DNA of 48,736 nt from Verrucomicrobiota bacterium (lineage in GTDB: Bacteria; Verrucomicrobiota; Verrucomicrobiia; Methylacidiphilales; Verrucolacustridaceae): assembly GCA_009927835.1 (NCBI GenBank), contig RFMG01000115.1, positions 1-48,736 on the forward strand, given 5' to 3'. The notes under the pieces are model-generated. The model worked only from the letters and a program-made list of their open reading frames with translations, had not been told where the DNA came from and did not search any database. Below are positions 36,401 through 45,400 of this stretch, one piece after another; within the stretch, counting starts at the first letter, position 1; each line of letters starts with the position of its first letter. The position numbers and the translations under genes were made by a program.

Positions 36401-38456
36401 TGGGGTTGGCCAGCCCGGTTTGTGCGGAAAGCCACTGGTCATAGGGGTCGATCCCCTCCCCCGGAACCCGGATCTGCAGAAGGAGCGGGCTGCTGGTGCC
36501 CCCCGCGTTCGACGCCGTCAGCGCGACGGTGTGCTCTTCCGCCTGGGTGGGCGTACCGTGAATCACCCCGGTGCCGGCATCGAGCGTCAGACCGGCGGGC
36601 AGGGTCCCGGTGATCTGGTAGGTGGTGGGATAGGTGGTGGGACTGGGCGTGACGGTGGCGGAGTAGCTGAATGGCTGGCCCAAGGTTCCGGTAAGCAGAC
36701 CATCGGGGCTGGTCAGGACCGGGGCCGCGGGCACGGAAATGTCCCGGTTGGCGAAGCCGAGCCAATGCCAGCTGGCCTCGCCCAGATTGACATATCGGAT
36801 CGTGTGGCTGGAGCCCTCGGCCGTGAACTCCACCTCGACGCGCAGCCCGTTGCCTTGCCCGTAGGCGTTTTCATCCACGGTGAAGGCGCGGCTCCCCGAG
36901 GTCAGGGTGGCGGTGCGGTGCCCGGTGGCGTCCCAGCCGATGCCGAAAAGGGTGGTGCGGTAGCGCCGCCCGGAGACCAGCCCCGTCAGCGTCAAGCTGC
37001 CCTCGTTCCCGCCGTAGACAAAATCGTCGGCCAGAACCCGGCTGCCGCTGCCCTCCGGTTGCTGGTTGGAGCCGCTATTGCCGTTGAGAATCACCGCCGG
37101 GCCGCTCAGGAAAAAATCGCTGCCCGAGGGGTTGCCGCCGGCCACCCCGCGGAAGGTGACTCCGTTGATCACGGCGTTGCGGGTGGTGCCGAAGTTGTAG
37201 GCGTGGGTGTAGGAAGCTCCACTGCTGATCCCCGAGCTGGCGTCCCCGCTCCAAGGGGCGACGGTGAAGGTTTCCACCTCGTCGGACAGGAGGCGGTTGG
37301 CAAAGCCGGCAATATGCCAAGAGCCGTCATAGGAGATCGCCTGGGTGGTGCCGGTGGCGGTGAACTCCACGTCCAGCCGGACCCCCTCCCCCTGCCCAAA
37401 CTGGTTCAGGCTGGGCTTGAAGCTGCGGCCGTTGGCGGTGAAGGTGGAAAGGCGGTGCCCGCTGGCGTCCCAGCCCGTGCCGAAAAGGGTGGTGCGGTAG
37501 CGCTTGCCGGGCGTCAACCCCTGCAGGGTGAGCGCCCCCGAGCTTTGCCCATTGAAAAGAAAATCGTTGGCCAAACTGCGGCTACCGCTTCCCGAGGGGA
37601 GGTTGTTGTTCGGGTTGCCGTTGTAGACCCCGCCGCGATCCGTGACGGAAAAGGAGTTGGCCACGGAGGGATTGCCGCCGTCGACACCAGTGAAGGTCAC
37701 CCCATTGATGACGGGACTGATGCTGGCGGCCCCGAAGTTGACGGCGTGGGTGTAGACCGCGCCGCTGTCGATGCCGGAGCTGGCGTCCCCCGTCCAGTGA
37801 GAGACGGTGAAAAAGGTGCCCGCCAGGGTGGGAACCACCTGAACAGCGTCCAAGACCAGTGCGGCATCCTCGCTGGAAGAGCTGGTGATGGCCAGCGGCA
37901 TGGAGGAGTTCGTGGCGATGAAATCCCGGGCCACGAGAAGATAGGAGTTTTTCCCGCCCACCGCCCGCACCTTCGAGCCGATGGTGGCATTCCCCACTTG
38001 CAACGACATCGTCGGGACGCCCGCCACCCCGGAACGCCTGGTGACGCGTAGAGATACCTGATAGGACTGGCCGACGACCAAATTCGTCAGCGTGGTGCTC
38101 AGGGTGTTCGTTGGTTCGTTTGGCCAGGTTTGGATGAAGGCCACCTGCCGGCCCTCGGGGGTGGTGGCGCCGTTGTCGGCAAAGACCATCAAATCGTTAG
38201 TGGGGTTGTTGGTCAGGTCGAGGTAGTTTAGGCCAATGCGGCCGGGCACGGTCGCCGTCCAACCGCTGATGGCAGAGTAACCCGGCCAACCCGGCGACGC
38301 ATCCGCCTCAAACCCGGCGTTGGGGATATGCTGGGCGCCGACCGGGGCCAGCCCCGCTAGGAACGCCAGCCCTACCCACCCGAAAAAGGGCGGAGCCGGA
38401 ACCGCGGGCCTGCCGGCGCGAAAGGGCCTGCCCGCAAAAGATTTGGATTTTTTCAG
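33450..38456 (-). CDS. Large secreted modular protein: beta-sandwich, tandem repeat pair, Ig, internal DPDGDG..FYRV module, Ig, two Pectate_lyase_3/GH55-like beta-helix domains; probable CTG start
   Basis: The frame is open 69 codons upstream of the track start, giving (M)KKSKSF...GWVGLAFLAGLAPVGA-QHIPNAGFE. Beta-helix N-caps are VNAKTDFGAAGDGVADDT and VKVTDYGANGVDGLDDTAALQ..LYFPAGLY. Confidence 0.82.
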   Translation of the reverse strand: MKKSKSFAGRPFRAGRPAVPAPPFFGWVGLAFLAGLAPVGAQHIPNAGFEADASPGWPGYSAISGWTATVPGRIGLNYLDLTNNPTNDLMVFADNGATTPEGRQVAFIQTWPNEPTNTLSTTLTNLVVGQSYQVSLRVTRRSGVAGVPTMSLQVGNATIGSKVRAVGGKNSYLLVARDFIATNSSMPLAITSSSSEDAALVLDAVQVVPTLAGTFFTVSHWTGDASSGIDSGAVYTHAVNFGAASISPVINGVTFTGVDGGNPSVANSFSVTDRGGVYNGNPNNNLPSGSGSRSLANDFLFNGQSSGALTLQGLTPGKRYRTTLFGTGWDASGHRLSTFTANGRSFKPSLNQFGQGEGVRLDVEFTATGTTQAISYDGSWHIAGFANRLLSDEVETFTVAPWSGDASSGISSGASYTHAYNFGTTRNAVINGVTFRGVAGGNPSGSDFFLSGPAVILNGNSGSNQQPEGSGSRVLADDFVYGGNEGSLTLTGLVSGRRYRTTLFGIGWDATGHRTATLTSGSRAFTVDENAYGQGNGLRVEVEFTAEGSSHTIRYVNLGEASWHWLGFANRDISVPAAPVLTSPDGLLTGTLGQPFSYSATVTPSPTTYPTTYQITGTLPAGLTLDAGTGVIHGTPTQAEEHTVALTASNAGGTSSPLLLQIRVPGEGIDPYDQWLSAQTGLANPSGTADPDGDGRTTFSEYAFGGNPAAADPVSWSVGTSGASFVFTWMQRTGGSVVYALQECADLATGAWVNSAAAVTPVTGRATPSGYEWKGISVSAAGRKFYRVATVPQVQGLSFPPLPTKTLGLPSFTLSGSSSSGLPLTYTSSNPQVATISGQTVTLVGTGTTTITASQPGNSTYQGAAAVSQTLTVAPRTSLTVNAKTDFGAAGDGVADDTVPLQKALDYLAANLVRDGGGCLVLPPGTYRITRRLNFERAEPPANFGLNYGLTVRGAESEGSDATILHAATHEGALFFNVNDTEHHFGQFGVRIQDLQIRAGVADAGAAIEVQRMPTADTIQAVVPLVKNVAITRGGPGQYFRYGFVGRRVLLPEFTDVRVTGDRQGTRAGILLDRHYSYAFNNCTLTDMHMGIDTRKGGEGAVIEHTTLTNVNTGIHMHVDPYDFTGPSGLGGALIGCNISAWDSGVILEGKGFFPIHDNRFVSLGNDPNFRHLTVRQSHHVIVSENEFTGAAGQTGVLVQSPLTEDNTVAHNRFGSVGTAVRIEAGVASTTVLDNAPAAASVINGGSLTVVRTNAPRTFRETATRLPAYGYRPGRVLVPWNQLVHGPIVKVTDYGANGVDGLDDTAALQSAVNALQATLDSGGSGTLYFPAGLYHLSTRLHLTQGGANWQKLTIAGDGSHVSGLAVTGFEGVFKIDCTQPVPIFLHGFRIDPHTANPSTAIEVTQQNGSPTGDRSLLIQDVRLFTWEPKEDDDGNPTPRYFSGGIKATGTVRPLLQFVDMRSVGNDNASLFGLHFTGGYGFDWQGGNIYGKQSGGIIESLGGGVNIRGPSFNGGGLTGLVVDANGGSFSMNNSHIDCPVNLRVKNANDVVVINTLTIAGPQNPNPPTGTTFSFLNCTNLVVRDNMLAAAYLTPRPDNVFINLGAAPETCNGFDLSGNMIIFNENEGVGIRIPAGNLNGKVSHNRFFGTSVQDIDNREASTQILLLPRD
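36738..37815 (-). repeat. Two tandem ~180-aa intragenic domain repeats
   Basis: TVSHWTGDASSGIDSGAVYTHAVNFG..YRTTLFGTGWDASGHR..FANR versus TVAPWSGDASSGISSGASYTHAYNFG..YRTTLFGIGWDATGHR..FANR. Confidence 0.85.
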
Positions 38457-38478
38457 AGGAGGATGTTCCTTTTATCTT

Positions 38479-38506
38479 ATTCTATCCACAAGCGAGCATA
38501 TTTCAA
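38479..38506 (-). promoter_or_regulatory. sigma70-like promoter of the beta-helix gene
   Basis: TTGAAA-16-TAGAAT, then an AAGGA SD-like motif before CTG 38456. Confidence 0.6.
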
Positions 38507-38607
38507 GGGGGGGGAAATCAGCGCCGTCCTCCAAACGTTGGGTTCAAAATCTCCAGACCCCAAGGGCTTGGGTGGGGACTCAGGTGGAGGAAGTTGACCG
38601 GCGAAAC

Positions 38608-39327
38608 TTAGGGGATGATTTCCAGCTTCAGGTTGCCGACCTTGCCGGGCAGGGACGGAAAATCCGAGGTGAATTTGCCGAACCCGATGTGGGTGATGGG
38701 GTCGATCGTGTCCGGGTTGTACTCCATCCCCGCATAGGCCGTCTGGTACACCGTCTTGCCATTCAAGCGGAACTCCAGCGTGGCCAGAGGCGAGTTTTTC
38801 TGGGTGTTGTCCAAAATAATTTCCAACCGCCCCGCGGTGGCCCCCAGCTGGGCGGTGCCGGGACCGGCGGGATCCGTGCCCCACGTGAGAAACTGCGCGT
38901 CGCCGTTGGCGCGGATGAGAAAGAGTGCGCTGTAGGCCACCGCGAGACTTTTGTCCCCCTCGGGCAACGGGCCCCGCGTGAAGGCCAGCGCATACCAATC
39001 CTCCGTGGGGGCGGAGGGTTTCATCTCCACGTCGAGGCCCAAAACGTACTTTTTTTTCCCCGCCACCCGGAAGGGAAGATAGAAGGAGGGCGATCCTCCG
39101 CTTGCCGAGACCTCCCCGTTCGCCTTGACCTGCACGGTTTGCGTGGGGCTGTCGGGGGAGACGAACACCTCCTGACCGGGGCGGACTTCGGGAGCCTGTC
39201 CCAACACGCTTTGGCCGGCCTCCCCGCCAAAATCGTACTGGTAAATCACCTGCCCCCAGGCCGCCGTCGATCCCCACCCGCCAAGCCCCCCGCCCAGCGC
39301 GACCACGGCCAACAAAAACTTTTTCAT
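38608..39327 (-). CDS. Secreted single-domain protein homologous to the N-terminal domain of the 23512..28602 protein
   Basis: Signal peptide; SVLGQAPEVRP, KANG, PSFYLPFRV, AYSALFLIRANGDAQFLTWGT and EFRLNG are all shared. Confidence 0.85.
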   Translation of the reverse strand: MKKFLLAVVALGGGLGGWGSTAAWGQVIYQYDFGGEAGQSVLGQAPEVRPGQEVFVSPDSPTQTVQVKANGEVSASGGSPSFYLPFRVAGKKKYVLGLDVEMKPSAPTEDWYALAFTRGPLPEGDKSLAVAYSALFLIRANGDAQFLTWGTDPAGPGTAQLGATAGRLEIILDNTQKNSPLATLEFRLNGKTVYQTAYAGMEYNPDTIDPITHIGFGKFTSDFPSLPGKVGNLKLEIIP

Positions 39328-39354
39328 CGCAGGAATTTTTCTAAGCGAAAAAAA

Positions 39355-42300
39355 TCAGTCGGCAACCCCGCGCTGGATTTTTTTCGTTTTTTTCTTTTCT
39401 CGCAAGGTCGGCCCGGTCCAGGAAGTCCGGGCGGAACTGAGGGTGACCCTTTGATTTCCGACCCGGAACCGGAGGGCCGGCCCCTCAAGCCACTCGAAGC
39501 GGGTGGCCTCCCTCCCGATGGCGCACTCCAGCCGCGTGCCTTGGTAAACCATCCGGAAGCGCAGCCCGGACCAGGCGGAGGGCAGCGACGGGGCGAAATG
39601 GAGGCCGTCGGGATGATCCCGCATGCCTCCGAATCCGTGCACCACCGCCATCCACGTGCCCCCCATGCACGCGGCGTGGAGCCCGCCGGCGACATTGTTC
39701 TTGCAGTCGTCCAGATCCATCCGCGCGCTCAGCCGGAAGTAGCCGTAGGCTTCCTCGGTGCGGCCCAGCTCCGCCGCCACGATCGCGTGGATGCAGGCGG
39801 AAAGGGAGGAGCCGTGGTTGGTGCGGGGCTCGTAAAAATCGTAATCGGCCTCCTTCACCCGGCGGGAAAAGCGGTGGCCCTGCACGAAGAGCATCAACAC
39901 GGTGTCGGCCTGTTTGCAGACCTGGGTGCGCCAAAGTTTCAGCGGGTGGAACTTTTCACGGATGTCGGTGTGCAGGGGAATCCTCGCCATGTCGACCGGC
40001 GGCAGATGGAGGAAGCCGTCATCCTGCGGGTGGATGCCCAGCTTCCGGTCCCACGGAATGAACATGGCCCGGCTCGCGCGCGCCCAGCCGTCCCGTTCCG
40101 CGCGGGTCAGGCCGATCCGCGCGGTCAGCTCGGCGAAGGCGGGCGGGGCCTCCCCCCGCATCCGGTCAAACGTCTCCGCGGCATGGGCGAGATGCCACTG
40201 GGCCATGACGTTGGTGTAGGCGTTGTTGTTCACCCCGCAGCTGTACTCATTGGGGCCGCAGACGGCGTTCAGGCAAAACGCCCCCCCGCGTTCCGGCACA
40301 TAGCCCCCGAGGTTTTCCAGAAAGCGCGCCGTCTCAAACAACATCTCGGCGCCCCGGTGCCAGAGAAATTCCCGGTCCCCGGTGAGATGGACGTAGCGGT
40401 GCAGGGCCCAGGCGACGGCCGAGACCAGATGATATTCCGCGGTCGAGGCTTCGAAGACGGTGGCGCACTCCTCCCCGCTGATGGAGTTCCAGGCAAAAAG
40501 GGCCCCGCGGTTGCCGACGTCGCGGGCCCGCCGCCGGGCCTGATCGAGCAAACCATGGCGGTAGGCCAGCAGCGGTTGCACCAGGGCGGGCTCGGTGTAG
40601 AGCGCCATCGGGGCGAGATACATCTCGGTGTCCCAGAAGACATGGCCGCAATATTTGTCCCCGCTGAGGAAGTTGGCCCCGATGCTCAGGGCGGGATGTT
40701 CCGGAAAGCTTTGGCGTAGGTGGAACAGGTTGAAGCGGACGGCCTGCTGGTCGGCCGGATTTCCCTCGAGGACGATGTCCCCGTCCTTCCACCAGCGCGC
40801 CCACCAGGCGGCCTGTTCCCGAAACAGCTGCTCGGCCCCGTCGGCGGCGTCGCGGCTGACCTCGGCCTCGACCCGCGCCCCCAGCTCCTCCCGCGGAACC
40901 AGCAGGCTGGAAGTCAGTGCCAGATATTTCTCCAGCCGGAGGGTGCCGCCCTCCGGCAACCGCACGGTGACCTCGCGCCAGACCGCCCGCTCCTCGCGGC
41001 GCACCGCTGGTTCCGCCGCTCCGGGCGCGGAGAAACGGGTCACCACCGCCGCGGCGGCGGCCTGCGGGCCGTCGGCGGGCTCCAGCCAAAAGGTGTCGCG
41101 GTCGCCCTGTGACTCCGCCTTCCGGATGCGGAGGGGCGTGCCGGGCAAATGCCAGTGGCTTGCGGGCACGCTCACCCCGGTCACCAACCGGACGACACAC
41201 GGCGTGATCGCCTCCACCGTCAGGTCCAGAACGGCGGCGTGCCGGCGCTCCATGCTCACCATCCGGGTGGAGCGGAGCCGGATGGTTCCGCCGGAGGTGG
41301 CGCGAAACTCCCCTTCCCGTACCAACGTCCCCGCCTGGAGATCAAGCCAGCGGCGATGGGTGCCCGGGACGGCCTGGGCCGGGCCGAGGCGTTCGCCGTC
41401 CACCTCCCAGAAACACGCGAGCCAATCCAGCAGACCGAGCATCATCTCCAGGTTCTCGGCAAAACCGGGCAGCTTCCACAGGTGGACGTAGGGCTTCCGG
41501 CCAAAGACGCCGTTGGCAAAGGTGGCGGGATATTCCCGCCCCGGCCAGGGGGTTTCCTCCAGCGAACCCCGCACCCCGATCCGGCCGTTGCTCAGGGCGA
41601 AGAGTGATTCCCAGAAGTGGGCCCGCGCCGGCTGGAACGTAGTTTGCATGATGCGCCATGGCTCGGTCGGGATCCGCTCCTGCCGTCCGGTCTGTCGCAG
41701 CTGCGCCAGGTCGATCGAGCAAAAATCGGGAATCGTCTCGGCGGCGTTGGGCAGGGATTCCGGTGAGCCCACACCGATTGCCTTCATCCCCGCGCGGCGG
41801 GCCGCCTCGAGGCCCGCCTCCGCGTCCTCAAAAACCAGGCAGTGAAACGGGGGTACGCCCAGACGCTCGGCCGCGAGCAGGAAACCCTCGGGATCGGGTT
41901 TGGACTTTTGCACATCGTCGCCCGAGACCACCGTGTCGAAAAGATCGCGGAGGCCGAGCACCGTCAGCACCGCCAGGGCATTGCGGCTGGCGGAACAGAG
42001 GGCCGTCCGCACTCCGGCCCGCCGGGCGGCGGTCAGAAAATCGAGCACGCCCGGCAGCATGTCCTTGCGGGTGATCCCGGCGATGGCCTGGAGATAGACC
42101 TCGTTTTTGCGCGCCGCCCACGCGGTGCGCTCGGACTCGCTCGCCCGGACCTGGTTGTGCTGCAGGATCCGCTCCAGCGCCTCCGGCCGGGCGATGCCGC
42201 GCAGTTGGTCGGCCAGCTCGTCGGGAAAATCCCACCCCTGATCCCGGGCGAGCGTCTGCCAGCCGTGCCGATGGCAACGGTCCGTCGTCACGATCACTCC

Positions 42301-42414
42301 GTCCAGGTCGAAGAGAAAGGCACGCAAAAGCGGGCTGAGCGCCGGGTTTGGCCGCGCACCGGACCGGGTCCTGCCCTCCTGCCGGCGACCGCGCATAGAG
42401 GAGGATTTTTTCAT
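39355..42414 (-). CDS. Fusion: N-terminal beta-phosphoglucomutase (HAD) plus GH65 glycoside phosphorylase
   Basis: FLFDLDGVI, SASRNA, KSKPDPEGF, VFEDAEAG (beta-PGM); ESLFALSNG, YCGHVFWDTE, GPNEY, KQADT, HGSSLS, GLHAACMGGTW (GH65). Confidence 0.92.
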   Translation of the reverse strand: MKKSSSMRGRRQEGRTRSGARPNPALSPLLRAFLFDLDGVIVTTDRCHRHGWQTLARDQGWDFPDELADQLRGIARPEALERILQHNQVRASESERTAWAARKNEVYLQAIAGITRKDMLPGVLDFLTAARRAGVRTALCSASRNALAVLTVLGLRDLFDTVVSGDDVQKSKPDPEGFLLAAERLGVPPFHCLVFEDAEAGLEAARRAGMKAIGVGSPESLPNAAETIPDFCSIDLAQLRQTGRQERIPTEPWRIMQTTFQPARAHFWESLFALSNGRIGVRGSLEETPWPGREYPATFANGVFGRKPYVHLWKLPGFAENLEMMLGLLDWLACFWEVDGERLGPAQAVPGTHRRWLDLQAGTLVREGEFRATSGGTIRLRSTRMVSMERRHAAVLDLTVEAITPCVVRLVTGVSVPASHWHLPGTPLRIRKAESQGDRDTFWLEPADGPQAAAAAVVTRFSAPGAAEPAVRREERAVWREVTVRLPEGGTLRLEKYLALTSSLLVPREELGARVEAEVSRDAADGAEQLFREQAAWWARWWKDGDIVLEGNPADQQAVRFNLFHLRQSFPEHPALSIGANFLSGDKYCGHVFWDTEMYLAPMALYTEPALVQPLLAYRHGLLDQARRRARDVGNRGALFAWNSISGEECATVFEASTAEYHLVSAVAWALHRYVHLTGDREFLWHRGAEMLFETARFLENLGGYVPERGGAFCLNAVCGPNEYSCGVNNNAYTNVMAQWHLAHAAETFDRMRGEAPPAFAELTARIGLTRAERDGWARASRAMFIPWDRKLGIHPQDDGFLHLPPVDMARIPLHTDIREKFHPLKLWRTQVCKQADTVLMLFVQGHRFSRRVKEADYDFYEPRTNHGSSLSACIHAIVAAELGRTEEAYGYFRLSARMDLDDCKNNVAGGLHAACMGGTWMAVVHGFGGMRDHPDGLHFAPSLPSAWSGLRFRMVYQGTRLECAIGREATRFEWLEGPALRFRVGNQRVTLSSARTSWTGPTLREKKKTKKIQRGVAD

Positions 42415-45400
42415 CGGGCGGCGTCGGCGGTCTTTTTCCCCGCGGCCGCGACCGGCGGCAGGGCGGCCAGCCGGGAATACACCAGGCGGACGGGCCCCAG
42501 CAGGCCGGAGGGCAGCATCGCCTCATCCTTGTGGAGCCGCGCATCCCCCCAAGAGGCGAGGTAGGGCCGGAAGGAGGTGTTGGCAAAAGCCGCCGGATCG
42601 CGAAGCTCCCCGATCAGCCGGTTGCGCCACGTTCCGGTCACGGCGATCTCCAGCTGGTTCGGACCGTGGCGGACATACCGGGTCACCTCCCAGCAGTAGG
42701 GGAGGTTCCATTTCGCGCCAAGATCCGTGCCATTTAGGGTCACCTCGCTGACGGAGTCGCAGGCATCGCCCAGCTCCAGATAGACGCGGGTGTCCGCGGG
42801 CACCGGCGGAAGATCGAAGCGAAGGCCGTAGACCGCCGTGCCGGAAAAGAAACGCACCTGCGGATCGGGATGGGCGGTCAGGGAAGCCAGGGTTTCCAGG
42901 ACGATCTCTCCGGCCGCCACCTTCTCCGGCGGAAACTTCACCGTCCAGGGGCCCGGCAGCGGTCGCGGGTCCGGCAGGGCCGCCACCGTCAACGGCACGG
43001 TGGATCCGTCGGAAAGTTTGAATTCGTAACGTCCGGTGGCGAGCAGCTCGGCGGTGATTCCGCCCTCCCCATTCCGCCGCAGGTCGGCGACCGGGGCGAG
43101 AGAGGTTAGGCGCGGGTCGGTCTTTTCCGCCTCTTTCTGGATCTCCGCGGCGGAGAGGGCCCGGTCGTGGCTGGTCACATCCGTCATCTCCCCGCGAAAG
43201 GCCAGGCTGCGTTGTCCCCCGTCCACCGAGGCGATGGAGCGCAGCGAGAAACGGCCAGCCGGCGCCTCGGCCACGGGGCGCCCGTCGACGAACAACTTCA
43301 GGCGCCCGGATTGGACCGTCAGTGCCAGATGGGTCCAGTCGTGGATGTTTTGGCGGTGGGCCAGCACCGGCTCGAGGACGGTTGCGCCCGTCGCGAGCAC
43401 GACCACACCGTTGCGGCCGGCCGACAGGCTCGCAAAGGCGGTGCCGGGGGGCTCGGTCACCCGGTGCCCAGGGCGGATTGGGGTCACCTCGTTGACTTCC
43501 TCCCACCGCACGTCGGGCGGAAAAGCGGTGTCCAGACGGGGCCGAATCCATCCCATCATCGTGAAATTCTCGGTGTCGGCATACTCCCCGTGCCCGCGAA
43601 AACGCGCCCCGGCGGGAACCTCCGCCGGGCGTTCGGGGACGCCGTCGCGGGAAAGGGCCACCACCGAGGGCTTCTCGGGTTGGCGGGCGCGGAACATCAC
43701 GAACACCGATTCCATCGGGTTGAGAACGACGCGCACCCGGGTGGACTGGGGGAGGCTGGCAAAGGCGGCCGTGGGCACCCGCCGTCCGGTCGCCGGATAC
43801 CACAACTCGGGCACCTGCCCCGTGACCCGAAATTCCGGATCCAGGGCCAGGGTCAGGTCGGTCTGGTTGGCCAAAAAGTAAATTTCATCCTTGCCCGCTT
43901 GCCGGTGGATCCAGCGCACCGCATCGGGATCCAGTCCCCCCACATCGGGGGCCAGGCCGATGGCCCGGCTCACCTCGGCAAGGGACTGGCCCCAAAACAC
44001 CTGGCCTTGGCCGTGGCGCCGGGAGCCGGCGGACTTCGGTTTCGCCCCGCCCCACAATTCCCCGGCCAGCCGGCGCACCTCCTCGTCGGCTTGGCCGCGG
44101 CGGGCCAGGCTGGGGGAGCGCACGGGCGGCGGGCCCGCCACCACGCCCCCGCGTTGCACCAGCTCGGCAATCCGCCCCAGCAGTTCGGGGCGCATCGTGT
44201 CCCCCTCGGGCAGGTGGAGCAGGCGGTAGCTTTTTCCGTCCGGCAACACCCAGCGCCCGTCCCGCACCTGCATCTTTTGCTGGATCACCTCTGCATTGAT
44301 GAAATCAAAATCAAAACCCGGCGGGACGATCGCCCGGGAAGTGCCGTCCATCCGGGGCGCATCTTCCGGGATGAGCAGGGCGAAATCCGCCACGTGGATC
44401 CCCTGCTGCAGCAGGGCCTGGGCCCGGCGGAAGTACTGGATCCACGCCTGCGCCTTTTCAAACCAGGGATTGTGGCGATTGAACTCGGTTCCGAACCACG
44501 TCTGGATGCCTGGTTGGCGGTCGTTCCACGGCTGATGGAGCGCCACGTGCAGGGTGTAGTGGTTGATCCCCTCCGTCATCGCCCAGTCGCCCCGCCGCTT
44601 GAGGAGCGCGGGGGTGGTGCCAAAAAGCCGGCTGGCACTGGTAAAGGCCTCGGCCGAGACCAGCGGCTTGCCGTAAATGTGGGCGGCCGAGCTTGCGCCC
44701 CGCACCTCGATCGGGCCGAGGTCTCCCGTGGCCCAGAACTCCCCGGCGATGTGGTCGGCCCGGCCCCCGTATTGCAGAAATTCCCCGGGAAAACCGCTGT
44801 GGCCGTAGTTCTCCAACCACAACTCCAGTCCGCTTTTTCGACACGCCGCCTGCAGGCCGCCGACAAATCCTGTCGCCACTTCGTCCGCCACAAAGCGCCG
44901 CAAATCCCAAAGAAACCGCTCCGAGGCCTCGGCGGACTCCACCATCCGTCCCGTCAGCACCGGGAACCACGGCTCGGGATCGTAGCCGAACTGCTGTCGA
45001 AACCGGGCAGTCGAATCGTCCGACCAGGTCTGGGAACCCATCTCCCAGCTGTCGGAAATGACATACTTCAGGGCCCGCCGGTCCGCCGCCTTCATGCCAC
45101 GCAGAAACGTCCCCACAAACTGGTCGAGGTGCCAGCCGACCTGCTCCGCGGACATCTTATCCACCTCCCACCCCTCGCCCTCCCGGCTGGCGGGTGCATT
45201 GCGGGTCCCGGTTTGGGCCAAGCCCACCCGGAGCAGCAGCCAACGCCCCGGGGGCACGCTCCAGCTCAGGGTGCCGTCCGCGGAAACTTTTTCGCTGAGG
45301 TCGACCATGCCCCCCGCCGGCACGATGCCTTCCCGGCTTTGGGGCTCGGGGGGGGCGGGCCACCGGTAGGCCGCGTCCGTCGGCAGCGGGTTGAAATGCA

